From: Heterodontus francisci
Lineage: Eukaryota
Assembly: GCF_036365525.1 (NCBI RefSeq)
Contig: NC_090375.1
Coordinates: 196,953,631-197,017,630 of the forward strand
Direction of reading: 5' to 3'
Length of the DNA: 64,000 bases
This document shows positions 1 through 11,789 of this stretch, piece after piece. Each line of letters starts with the position of its first letter. The stretch's first letter is position 1. A program made the translations under genes and the position numbers. Below the pieces are notes generated by a model. The model was not told where the DNA came from, ran no database searches, and worked only from the letters and a program-made list of their open reading frames with translations.

Positions 1-2790
1 TGGGCACTCTACCTGAATGCATGTAACATTCACCACAAGGTTGATGATTTAAAGGCTCATATGAGGTAAATAGATATGATCTAATTGCCATGATGGAAAT
101 GTGGCAACAGGGTGACCAAGACTGGGAACTGGATATTCGATATTTAGGAAGGACAGGCAAAAAGGAAAAGGTGGTGGTATTGCACTGATAATAAGGGATG
201 GGATCCGTACATTAGTAAGGGAGGATGTCAGATCGGAAGAACAAAATGTGGAATCTGTTTGGGTGGAGCTAAGAAATAGCAAGGGGCAGCAAACATTGGT
301 AGGAGTTGTTTATAGGCCACCAAACAGTAGTGGTAGTGTGGGGCATGGTATTAATCAGGAGATCAGAGAAGCATGTAGCATGGGTAATACAATAATTATG
401 GGTGACTTCAATCTGCACATAGGCTGGGTAAACCTAACGAGCACTGATGCTGTGGAGGACATGTTTCCAGAGTGTATTAGAGATGGTTTTCTAGAGCAGT
501 ATGTTGAGAAACTGATTAGAGAACAGGCTATTTCAGATCTAGTATACGGTAATAAGAAAGGGCTAATTAATAATCTTGTTGCAAAAAAACCTTTAGGGAT
601 GAGTGACCATAATATGATAGAATTTTACATTATGTTTGAAAGTGAGGTAGTTCAATCTGAAGTCAGGGTGTTAAATTTGAACAAAAAAAATTATGAAGGT
701 ATGAGGGGCAAATTGGCTGAAGTGAATTAGGAAAATACATTAAAAGGTATGAGTGCATAGACAATGGATAGTCTTCAAAGAATTATTACATAGTTTACAA
801 CAACTACACGTTCCTTCAAGGCACAAAAACCCCAAAAGTAAAGGCAGTCAACGGTGCCTAACAAAGAAAATTAAGGATTGTATAAGATTAAAAGAAAATG
901 CCTATAAAGTTGCCAGAAATAGTAATAAACCTGAGGATTGGGAGGATTTTAGAATACAGCAAAGGAGGACCAAGAAACTGATAAAGAAAGGGAGAATAGA
1001 ATATGAATGTAAACTAGCAAAAAACATAAAAACGGACTGTAAAAGCTTCTATAGGTACGTAAAAAGGAAATGATTGGCTAAGACAAATGTGGGTCCATTC
1101 TAGGCAGAGTCAGGAGAATTTATAATGGGGAATGGAGAAATGACAGAGAAGCTAAATGATTACTTTGTGTCTGTCTTCACTGAGGAAGATACAAGAAATC
1201 TCCCAGAATTAGAGTTCCAAGGGACGAGGGGGAATGAGGAATTGAAGGAAATTAGTATTAGTAAGAATGTTGTATTGGAGCATTAATGGGGCTGAAGGTT
1301 TATAAGTCCCCAGGACCTGATATTCTACATCCCAGCGTGTTGAAAGAGGTAGCTATGGAGATAGTGGATGCATTGGTGATCATCTTCCAAAATTCTACAC
1401 ATTCTGGAACGGTTCCAGCCGATTAGAAGATAGCAAATGTCACCCCACTATTTAAGAAGGGTGGGAGAGAGAAAACAGGGAATTGCAGATCTGTTAGCCT
1501 TATGAATTTATGGATTTATGAATGGGGAAATCATGTTTGACGAACCTGTTGGAGTTTTTTGAGGATGTTACTGACAGAATTGATAAAGGGGAGTCGGTGG
1601 ACATGGTATACTTGGATTTTCAGAAGAATTTTGATAAAATCCCCCACAGGAGGTTGGTTAGCAAAATTAAAGCACATGGGATAGGAGGTAATATACTGGC
1701 ATGGATTAAGGATTGGTTAACGGGCAGAAAACAGGAATAAATGGGTCATTCTCGTGTTGGCAGGCTGTGACTAGTGGGGTACCACAAAAATCAGTACTTG
1801 GGCCCCAGCTGTTCACAATATATATCAATGATTTGGATGTGGGGACCAAATGTAATATTTCCAAGTTCACAGATGACACAAAACTAGGTGGGAATGTGTG
1901 TTGTGAGGAAAACGCAAAGTGACATCAAGGGATATTTGGACAGACTTAGTGAGTGGGCAAGAACATGGCAGATCGAATATCATGTGGAAAAATGTGAGGT
2001 TATCCATTTTGGTAGGAGGAATAGATGTGCAGAGTATTTCTCAATTGGTAAGAGATTAGAAAGTGTAGATGTATAAAGGGACCTGGGTGTCCTTATCAAT
2101 AAGTCACTGAAAGCTAACATGCAGGTGCAGTAAGCAATTAAGAAGGCTAATGGTATGTTGGCCTTTATCGCAAGGAGATTTGAGTACAGGAGTAGTGAAG
2201 TCTTGCTTCAATTGTATAGGACCTTGGTTAGACCACACGTGGAGTACTGTGTGCAGTTTTGGTCCTTTTACTGTAGGAAGGATATTATTGCCATAGAGGG
2301 AGTGCACCGAAGGTTCACCAGACTTGCTCACAGGATGGCGTGATTGTCCTATGAAAAGGGATTGGGGAAACTAGGCCAGTATCCTCTAGAGTTTTGAAGA
2401 ATGAGAGGTGATCTCATTGAAACCTACAAAATACTTAAAGGGATAGGCAGGGTAGATGAAGGTAAGATGTTTTCCCTGGCTGGGGAGTCTAGAACCGGGG
2501 ACACAACTTCAAAATATGGGAAAACTACTTAGGACCAAAATGAGGAGAAATTTCTTTACTCAGAGGGTTGTGAATCTTTTGAATTATCTACCCCAGAGGG
2601 CTGTGGAAGCTCAGTCATTGAGTATGTTTAAAACAGAGACTGACAAATTTCTAAATACAAATGACATAAAGGGATAGAAGGATAATGTGGGAAAAAGACA
2701 TTGAAGTGGATGATCAGCCATGATCATATTGAATGGCGGAGCAGTCTCGATGGGCTGAATAGCCTACTCCTGCTCCTACACTCCTATTTG
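1..2790 (+). mobile_element. Degraded CR1-clade LINE (ORF2: APE endonuclease + reverse transcriptase, with 3' tail); 5' part lies outside the window
   Basis: ORF fragments show endonuclease motifs (VGVVYRPPN, IIMGDFN, SDHNMI) and RT motifs (KSCLTNLLEFFE, YLDFQKNFDK, SGVPQKSVLGPQLF, KFTDDTKLGG, RRNFFTQRVVN). Many stops and frameshifts. CR1-type 3' end gggctgaatagcctactcctgctcct at about 2752-2778. Confidence 0.93.
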
Positions 2791-3429
2791 TAGGTTGAAT
2801 AAAGTAATGATGAGTTAAATAAATCTTTGATAAACAGCAGTGCGTAGGAGCAGAAAGAAAGTTCTGTTTGTGTTTAGTTATTGGCACACCTCTAGTGTTT
2901 TAGTAACACGAGTTTCTTAATCCCAGAAGAGGCTTTGTAAACTATACTGAGTTCAGTCTCACTCCCCATCGCTCTCTCTAAATCCTTGTTTTGATAACAC
3001 ACTGGTATTCCTACATCACCAGTCCTTCCAAATGTGGGTTGAACGGTTGAGGAAAGATTAAAGAATGATTTGCATTATACAGTGCCTTTCACAATGTCCG
3101 AAAATGCTTTACTGAAGCTTGGTCACTGGTGTAATGTAAGAAATATAACAGTCATTTTTCCACAGCAAGATCCCACAAACAACAATGGCCAGATAATTTA
3201 TTTTAGTGATAAATGTTGGCCAGGACAGCAGGGACAACTCCCCACCTCTTCTAAGAAATACTGCCCTGGGACATTTTCCATCCATGTGAGAGAGCAGATA
3301 GAGACTTGGTTTAAGCATCAGACTGGAGTCAGTGCTCAAGTAGGACTTGAACTCATAACCTTCAGACTCAGCTGTGAGACTACTACCCATGGCGCCGGAT
3401 TTAGACTGGGCCCTAAGATCTAGAATTCC

Positions 3430-3600
3430 CTCCCTAAACCTCTCCGCCTTTTTACCACTCTCTCCTCCTTTCTCTGCCTCTCTACCGCTCTCTCCTCCTT
3501 TCTCTGCCTCTCTACCGCTCTCTCCTCCTTTCTCTGCCTCTCTACCGCTCTCTCTTCCTTTCTCTGCCTCTCTACCTCTCTCTCCTCCTTTCTCTGTTTC
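3430..3600. repeat. 30-bp pyrimidine-rich minisatellite (~5 copies)
   Basis: Tandem ctctctaccgctctctcctcctttctctgc; translates as the repeat SASLPLSPPF. Confidence 0.9.
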
Positions 3601-3745
3601 TAATGTTTCTAAAAGAATAGAATAAGCTTGCATTTCTATAGCAGCACTTTCGACCTCAGGATATCCCAAAGTGCTTCACAACTGCTCGAGAAATGTAAAT
3701 GTTTCTTTTTTTTTTCTTTCTAATTCAGCTGTTTCTCTTCCCCAG

Positions 3746-4775
3746 ATATACCACGCAGGACAAGCTTTCCGCCTGGGCCGTTACCCAATACACTGGCACC
3801 TTACGGGAGACCTGAGATATGAGTCCTACGTGCGAGGTTGTGCAATACACCAAACATTTAACAGGGCTGTGGCCATACATGGCACACACCGCCTCCTGGT
3901 GGAAGGCAATGTGGCTTATGACATCATGGGGGGAGCATTCTTCATCGAGGATGGCATTGAGCAGGGCAACGTCTTGCAGTATAACCTGGCAGTCATGGTG
4001 CGGCAGAGCACCAGCCTCCTCAATGATGACATCACCCCTGCCGCATTCTGGGTGACCAATCCGGCAAACACGGTCTGTCACAACGCTGCCGCAGGGGGGA
4101 CTCACTTTGGCTTCTGGTACCGGCTGTTCAAGCACCCCAGTGGACCCTCCCACACTCCCGGTGTCTGCCAGCGCACCGTGCCCCTGGGTGAGTTTCGCAA
4201 CAACACTGTGCACTCCCACGGCTGGTTCGGCCTGTGGATTTTCGAGGCGTACCACCCATTGAAAGGGGGACGGTGTAATTCCTGGAGCCCAGAACCTGCT
4301 CGCTTCGAGTCGCTCACCTCGTGGAACTGTAAGAAAGGGGCGGAGTGGGTGGATGGAGGAGCTCTTCAATTCCTTAACTTCCTGATGGTCAATAATGAAA
4401 ACGCCGGCATAGAAACCAAACTCATCCTGCGCTCCTACGTGAGAGGGTGGGGCGAGGCCCAGGGGGCTCTGATCGAGAACGCAACCATTGTGGGTCATGT
4501 AGAGGCACTTGGTCTCGGCGCCAACTATTGCACCACCAGAGGCATTGTATTACCCTTGGCTGAAGGGCTGACTCTATCATCTGTAACATTCATGAACTTT
4601 GACCGGCCAAGCTGCGCCGCCCTGGGGGTGACCAGCATCCAAGGTATGTGCTCAGACCGGTGCGGAGGCTGGAGCGTGAGATTCAGCGGGGTTCAGTACT
4701 TTGACGCTGCAAACAAGGCTGCCTTCCACTGGGAGCACGAGGTGGTCCTTCATGATCTCGACGGATCTCTTACAG
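3746..4775 (+). CDS. PKHD1L1: PKHD1L1 exon (1030 bp; beta-helix/PbH1 region)
   Basis: Acceptor ttctcttccccag|ATA, donor ACAG|gtgagg. Translates IYHAGQAFRLGRYPIHWH...HDLDGSLT inside ORF 3671..4828. Confidence 0.95.
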
Positions 4776-4989
4776 GTGAGGCGGACAGATTCGGGGGAGG
4801 AGGGCGGGGGGAGGGGGACAGGTGCTGATGTTGGGGCGTGACCTGGTCATAGAGTCTCTGTCCTGTTTGTATAGTGCCAGGGAGTTCCCCCAAGAATTCT
4901 GGGGTGGGGGGTGGTGGAGCTTTGGAATGACACGTTTCTACATTCACCCCCTCTATTGGTGACATTGGAAAGAGGCAGCACAGGTGGAA

Positions 4990-5460
4990 TTGCAGCGAAT
5001 TTTCCAGCACAGCAACAGGCCATTCAGCCCAACATGTCCATGCTGGTGTTTATGCTCCACACCGAGCCTTCTCCCACCCTACTTCATCTCACTCTATCAC
5101 CATATCCTTCTATTCTTTTCTCCCTCATGTGTTTATCCAGCTTCTCCTTAAATGTATCTACACTATTCACCTCAGTCACTCCCTGTGATAGCAAGTTCCA
5201 CATTCTCACCACTCTCTGGGTAAAGAAGTTTCTCCCGAATTTCTGATTGGGTAGATTAGTAACTATCTTATGTTTGTGTCCTTTAATTCATGTCTTGCCC
5301 ACAAGTGGAAACATCCTCTTCTATGTCTATCCTATCAAAGCCTTTTGAATTATTTTAAAGTCCTCTATCAGGTCACGCCTCAGCCTTCTCTTTTCTGCAG
5401 AAAAGATTCTCAACCTGTTCAGCCTTTCCTGATAGTTGTAACCTCCCATTTCTTGGATGA
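4990..5460 (-). mobile_element. CR1 LINE 3' fragment
   Basis: The minus strand reads YQERLNRLRIFSAEKRRLRRDLIE..KI followed by the CR1 3' tail. Confidence 0.8.
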
Positions 5461-6261
5461 AGTCATCTACCAGACTTTGCTGCCTCTTCCACCTCTGTTC
5501 CCACAGCCTAGTGAATAGACTGGATGGGCTGAATGGCCTCCTTCTGTGCCATATTGACTCTATGACTGCTGGATGGTGGGATGCAGGACTCCCCACAACC
5601 TCATCCTGGTGCTCCTGAGGCAAGGCCATCTCCCAGGAAAAGGTCTAATTCATCCAGACCGAGCGATACTCCACTTCCACTGTGAATATCCTCCCTCCCA
5701 ACCTTTCCAGGTTGTTCCATACAGAGACAGCAGATCTTTCTCCTAAAGGTAGTCGATCCAGTGGGCAATTGATTGATTTTTGCTGGGAAACATTCTTGGG
5801 GGCCCTGTGTGCAGTCCATGCCGACGGTCAGTGGCTGTGTCATCTGTGGGCCTCTGAGATGGAGTGGTGGTGGTTGGGGGGTATGCCACAGGAGCTCAGG
5901 AATGGTTCGACCAGACACATCCAAAAGTCACGTGCAGGAACTGGGTGGAAACTCACTCATCCTCAGGATTACCAGACAGATCATCAGTGGAACAGAAACC
6001 TGGTGAATCCAGGGCATAAATATAACTCATTAATAAATCCAGTCTGGGAATTCAGGAGAAACTTCTTTACCCAGAGAGTGGTGAGAGTGTGGAACTCAGG
6101 AACACAGGGAGTAGTTGAGGTGAATAGTATAGGTACATTTCAGGGGAAACTGGACACGTTACTGGTTTACACCCGGGGAATTTTAGCCACAATGTGTAAA
6201 TAATTGAGATATTATGTACAATATCCAAAGTAAGGTTTTTAAGTAAAAGTGCCAAGGGCTC

Positions 6262-6820
6262 CACTGTCGAAGGGTCAGTGCTGAGAGAGTGCTGCACTGT
6301 CGGAGGGTCAGTATTGAGGGAGTGCTGCACTGTCGGAGGGTCAGTACTGAGGAAGTGCTGCACTGTCGGAGGGTCTGTACTGAGGGAGCGCTGCACTGTC
6401 GGAGGGTCAGTATTGAGGGAGCGCTGCACTGTCGGCGGGTCAGTACTGAGGGAGCGCTGCACTGTCGGCGGGTCAGTACTGAGGGAGCGCTGCACTGTCG
6501 GCGGGTCAGTACTGAGGGAGCGCTGCACTGTCGGAGGGTCAGTACTGAGGGAGCGCTGCACTGTCGGAAGGTCAGTACTGAGGGAGCATTGTCAGAAGTG
6601 CCATACTTCGGATGAGACATTAAATCGCGGACCCATCTACCTGTCGAGTGGACATAAAAGATGTAATGGCAGTGCTATTGAAAGAGCAGGGAGTTCTCCT
6701 ATCTGACATTCAACTCTCAACTGCCAACAAAAAAGAAGATTCTGTAATTATTCATCTCATTTATTGATTGTAGGATCTTACTACCTGTAACTGACCTGTT
6801 TTCACACACAAGGATAACTA
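6262..6820 (+). repeat. DeuSINE-like element with an internal 33-bp tandem expansion (~10 copies)
   Basis: Unit gctgcactgtcggagggtcagtactgagggagc, followed by gtgccatacttcggatgagacattaaatcgcggaccc, which resembles the Deu-domain core. Confidence 0.75.
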
Positions 6821-7389
6821 CACTTCACAGTAATTCATTAGACGTGACATGCTGGTCAGATGATGAGAAGCTGTCTCAATCTATCTATCTATTTCTCTTT
6901 CCTTCTTTAGCACAGTCAGATACCTCAACAGGTTCGTAAAGTATGACTTGCATTTATATAGCGCTTTTCACAACCTCAAGACATCCCAAAGCACTTTACA
7001 GCCAATGAAGTACTTTTGAAGTTTAGTCACCGTTGTAATGTAGGAAACCCAGCAGCTGATTTGCGCATAGCAAGATCCCACAAACAGCAATGTGATAATG
7101 ACTAGACACTTTGTTTTGGTGGTGTTGACTGAGAGATAAATATTGGCCAGGGTACCGGGGAGAACTCCCCTGCTGCTCTTCAATATAATGGCCGCAGGAT
7201 CTTTTATGTGCACCTGAAAAGTGTCACAGATGGCTGCCGATTTGGCAGTGACCATGGAGAGCTCCACAGCTTGAAGTGTGTTGGGCCTTCTACTACAAGG
7301 AGGAATGCCGATGGAAGGACACTGTTGTAGGACACTGAATTAGGTGGGACTGTATCTGACTGATGTGTAATACAAACTGCCTTTTACAG

Positions 7390-7581
7390 GTAACTCTGGT
7401 AACAAGGTGGTTCCACACAGCTCGATTTTGGACCCCACTCGATGTCACCAGTCCGCGGAGTGGAGTCAACAGTACCCTGGTGTTGTGTGTGATTCCACAG
7501 TCACTTTCCATCGCCTGGCTTTCTTTAGACCATCACCATCAGCCCTACAAGGAAAGAATGTCATCCTATCAAATTCTCACG
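7390..7581 (+). CDS. PKHD1L1: PKHD1L1 exon
   Basis: cttttacag|GT...CACG|gtgcgt. GNSGNKVVPHSSILDPTRC...FHRLAF..PSPSALQGKNVILSNSH; phase 1/1. Confidence 0.9.
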
Positions 7582-8151
7582 GTGCGTCCTATTTCTATAA
7601 CAGCATCTCCATGTGGAAATTTCTGGTCTGTTCTGTCTTGTTGCAGCCATTCTTCAAAATTACTGCAGTTGACACTGAACCACGTAAAGCGATATTAGAA
7701 CAGACGACCAAAAACTTGGTCAAAAATCTATGTTTTAAGGAGTGCCTTAAAGGAGGAGAGAGAAGTGGCAAGGCAGAGAGGTTTAGTGCAGGAATTTCAG
7801 TGCTTGCAGCCCAGGCAGCTGAAGGCACAGCCACTAATGTTGGCGAGCTCGGAGGGTTGTGGGCTGGAGGAGGTTACAGAGGCAGGGAGGGGTGAGGCCA
7901 CAGAGGGATTTCAAAAACAAGAATGAGAATTTTAGCCTGTCCTGTCCCCTATACTAGTCAACATTATTCAGCATGCTATTTAGTCCTGTTCCCTCCCAGA
8001 ACAAAGGACATGCCTTATACCTTTTAAGTCACAGTTGTTGTGTGGATTGCACGCTGGGAAATTCTGACAATTGCAAATGCTCCAGGTGTGCAGGTATAGT
8101 TGGAAGCTCTGTGCTACTTTTCCAAGGTAAACATATTCAGTTGAAACCTGA

Positions 8152-8398
8152 TGTTGCATGCTTGCTTCAAGAGTGCTGTCCCTTTAAGAATCCAGTATGC
8201 TAACTACCAGGATGCAGTCATGTTACTAGAAGCCATAGTCACTCTGCAACTGTAACACTCTATACAAAGGTTCTGTATATAGTTTGCTCTGCACTGTATA
8301 TACTAGTTTAGCTATTAATAAACCCTTTTGAGATCCAAGGAACTGTAATCCGGGTACCTCATTGTGTTGCTTAAGATAACACAAAGAATCTCATGATA
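8152..8398 (+). repeat. 5' LTR
   Basis: Starts tgttgcatg and ends ctcatgata (decayed from ...ataaca). AATAAA at 8317-8322. Manual alignment to the 3' LTR gives roughly 31 substitutions plus 2 indels. Confidence 0.92.
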
Positions 8399-8413
8399 TG
8401 GTGGCAGCGGTGG
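8399..8413 (+). promoter_or_regulatory. Primer-binding site (tRNA-Leu)
   Basis: TGGTGGCAGCGGTGG directly follows the LTR. It is the reverse complement of the vertebrate tRNA-Leu(AAG/TAG) 3' end ...CCACCGCTGCCA-CCA. Confidence 0.88.
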
Positions 8414-8559
8414 TGAAATGGCAAGCTATAACCTTGAAGACCACGGGCAAAACAGCAAACAAGTGAAGTAACTTTAAAGCAAGTACCTGAAAAGAGAATA
8501 AGTTCAAAAGAAATACTGGCCAAACAGTGGAAAGAAGAAAAAAGACTTACCCAGAGCAC

Positions 8560-9075
8560 AGAATCACAGAATTGTTACAGTGCAGAAGGAGGTCATTCGG
8601 CTCATCATGTCTGCACTGGCTCTCCGAAAGAGCAATTCCCTCAGTTCCATTCCCCCACCTTCTCCCCGTAACCCTGTACATTCTTCCTTTTCATGTAACA
8701 GTCTAATTCCCTTTTGAATGCTTCAATTGAACCTGCCTCCACCACGTTCTCAGGCAGCGCATTCCAGACCTTAACCACTCACTGCGTAAAACTATTTTTC
8801 CTCATGTTACTTTTGCTTCACTTACCAAATACTTTAAATCTGTGCCCTCTTCCTCTTGATCCTTTCATGAGTGGGAACAGTTTCTCTCTATCTCCTCTGT
8901 CCAGACCCCTCATCATTTCGAATACCTCTATCAAATCACCTCTCCGCCTTCGTTTCTCCAAGGAAAACAGTCCTAACTTCTCCAATCTATCTTCATAACT
9001 GAAATTCTTCATCCCTGGAACCATTCTCATGAATCTTTTCTGTACTCTCTCCAATGCCCTCACATCTTTCCTACA
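8560..9075 (-). mobile_element. CR1 3' fragment nested in the LTR element's leader
   Basis: ORF 8818..9078(-): KDVRALERVQKRF..SYEDRLEKLGLFSLEKRRRRGDLIEVF; the CR1 tail points left. Confidence 0.88.
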
Positions 9076-9419
9076 CACTGCAGAGTCTCCTTTGAAGCAG
9101 TCAAGTAGAAAAAAATTAAACCAGTCAAGTGTAAAGAAGATAAACGAACTCTAGCAAAAAAACAAAGGGTAAAGTCCTTGAACTGCCTATCAACCAGCTG
9201 TGTTAACATACAAGCTGAGTGTTGAAAACACTCCATCAAAACTGCTCGCTTAAAGCAAAGAGAATTTCTTCAAGGGGGAACAGAACAGAGTTGCTAGAAC
9301 AGTTTTTAAAGTATGTTTTCAACCACAAATAGAAAAATCATAATAAATAGAGTGCTGAAGACACACACAGAGCTGAACAAAGTTAAATATAGAGCAGAAT
9401 GCAAAACAACAGCAGAAAG

Positions 9420-10840
9420 ATGGATATAAAATCTCCCGGCATGATCTGGAAGGCCATTGATATCCTATATGAGTTCAAATTTTTTAAACAAAGAATGCAG
9501 TTATGCTTCACAGACCAAGCGGTTGTAGACCAGAGAAGCAGACTGTAAAAATACTGATAGCAGCTGGAAATGAGGGGTTACACAGAATCAATACCTCTGG
9601 CTTATCTGAAGAAGATCAGAAAGATCCCGCAAAGTTAAGGAAAGTGCTAGAAGATCAGCTTCGGGTAAGAGTGGATTTTAGAATTCATCGCCTGGCATTG
9701 ATGTCCTACGGGAAACAACCACAGTAATCAATAGATCAATTCATCTGTAGATGGCATAGTAATGGCAATGAATACGATTTTTCAGAAACTGAGCTGTCGG
9801 AGTGAATAATGGAGCTGGTGATTGTCTCAACACCTATTGAAGCGTTTCAAAAAGGCCTCTTGAGGAGAAAAGAAACGTTACAGCATTGCTGTGCTGCTAG
9901 AAGATGGCAGGAAATACTAAGCCATTGTAGCTGGACAACAGCATCTGCAAGCACTAGTTGCAGCCGACAGTATTGGCACGGTAACCAGGTCATAAAAAGC
10001 AAGCAAGCTGTATGCTAAATGTGATTTGTCCCACTCACCGCGAAGTTGTCCTGCATTTCCAGATCTGTGCCAGGCGAGTGCTGCAAAAGGACACTGGGAC
10101 CACCTACGCAAGAAAGCTAGTTCCAAAGTTGCAGCCAGAAATCACAATAGGACAACAAACAAACAGAAGACAGGCTCAACAACAGGCAACAGCAGCAAGG
10201 AGAGCACCAGAAACCTGTGTAAACACAAGCCGCTACACAAAGTCCACAGTGAAATAGACCTGAGACAAGACTCAGAGTGGAGTTATTTTCAGCCAGAAGA
10301 TGATCAGGCGTTTCACATTGTGAACCTGACACATTGTGTTGATGAAGTCAAACAGCTGGAAGCTTTTGTTACTATCAATATAATGTGCCCAAAGAAAGTT
10401 GGCAAACTTACACTCAGGACTAAGATTGACACAGGAGCTAGTGCAAATATCCTACCAGTCCGAGTCCTGAAGGATATGTACCGGGGTCATTGGAAATTAA
10501 TGATACAACCGACAACTGCAAAGTTAACTGCATAAAATGGGTCACCCATCCTTTGCAGTGGCATACTAACAATGCAATGCTACTATGGTAAGTCGGCATG
10601 GAAACCACAAATATTTTACCTGGTAGACACGAGTGGACCAGCAGTGGCAGGACTACCAGCATGTAAGGACCTCAACATTGTGACCATCCACGAGATCATC
10701 AAGGTACCCACTGCAGCAGAAAAGATCAAGGGTACCTTTGAGTCAGTCCAGGACTTACAATGGGTTCAATGCCATAGGAAATTTCAAAGGCAATACTGTA
10801 CTGAATGTCAGAGAGGATGCAGTCCCTGTGTCCAGCCCCT
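9420..10840 (+). pseudogene. Gypsy gag-protease (frameshifted, with stops)
   Basis: Gag-like MDIKSPGMIWK..FKFFKQRMQLCF..; knuckles CAKCDLSHSPRSCPAF..LCQASAAKGHW; protease KIDTGASANILP (10428); post-protease linker IGNFKGNTVLNVREDAVP(V)QP ends about 10840. Confidence 0.88.
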
Positions 10841-11540
10841 GAAGTCTGAAATTGAGTCACAGTTCTTCCAGCATCCCGGTGGTTCTGGTTTGGACAGTAT
10901 CAGCCCCTTCTCAGAGATGCCACAAGAGAACGAAGATCCGAATTTGGATGATGGAAGTTCTTTGTCAACAGGCAGTGTTTCTTCACACTTCCAGTAACTC
11001 ACAAGAAGAGATTGATGTTGTAACCATTGAGAATCAAAGTGGGGAGCATTGCCAAGGGGAAATCTCCAAGGACCAGAAACTGCTTGCAGACTCTGGCCAG
11101 CATCAAATGGTGCAGTCTGGAAACCCAGCAACAGAACAACTGTGCCCCACCCTCACTTCTGCTGTCCAGAGAACCGCCAGCACCAAGATCAGCCAGAACG
11201 GACAGAGGCCAAGACGTCCATGTGGCCAAGTGCTCCTCTGCCAACAAGTCCTCGACCTTGAGCCCCAGGCCTTCAGACGCAGAGAATGGGGAGAGTCGAA
11301 GGACACACAATGTCCTGAAGAGGCAGAGGAGGAATGAGTTGAAGCTTTGTCTATTGGCTGTTCGAGATGAGGTGCCGGAACTCTCCAAGTGTAGCAAGGC
11401 CGCAAAAGTGATCATCCTGAGAAAAGCAACAAGAGTATATTAGCAGGCTGGAGGCAGAGCAACAAGGACTGGATGCAGAGAGGGAGAAACTTCAGAAAAA
11501 ACAGTAACAGCTTATATGCAAATTCTCCGAGATGCAAGAG
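10840..11540 (+). pseudogene. Myc-family fragment (box IIIb, box IV, bHLH-LZ) inside the LTR element; disabled by frameshifts and a stop
   Basis: SNSQEEIDVVTIE (about 10993-11031); IKWCSLETQQQNNCAPPS..EPPAPRSAR; SPRPSDAENGESRRTHNVLKRQRRNELKLCLLAVRDEVPELSKCSKAAKVIILRKAT[+1 at ~11432]EYISRLEAEQQGLDAEREKLQKKQ*QLICKF. Paralogue not assignable by eye; 5' boundary approximate. Confidence 0.93.
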
Positions 11541-11775
11541 ACACTGCTCAAACAGATAAGGGTGAAATCCATGTCCCCAGGAGGTTATACCAGAACAAGA
11601 TCTGGAAGAATTGTCAAACCACCAAAACAAATTATTGACTCTTAGGCTTTTGCACTCGTAATTTTCACAATCCCTATCCTCGTACTTGTAAATTTTATAA
11701 CCTCTATCCCTGTCGAACTAATTTCTGTTATCCAATTTTATGTGTTTTTGCTGATAACATATGAGACTTATCTTT

Positions 11776-11789
11776 GGAAAGAAAGGGGA
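11776..11789 (+). promoter_or_regulatory. Polypurine tract
   Basis: ggaaagaaagggga lies directly before the 3' LTR start tgttg. Confidence 0.88.

Noticed and set aside
3725-4498. 257-aa antisense ORF
   Set aside because: Shadow of the GC-rich PKHD1L1 exon on the opposite strand; no recognisable motifs.
5560-6010. 173-aa ORF (5682..6203) as a possible gene
   Set aside because: Its 3' part is CR1 (RRNFFTQRVV). The 5' part may be a very decayed LINE; no supportable identity.
10852-11443. Functional nested host myc gene
   Set aside because: It has frameshifts and an internal stop, lacks boxes I/II and is bounded by LTR-element sequence, so it is a captured, decayed fragment.
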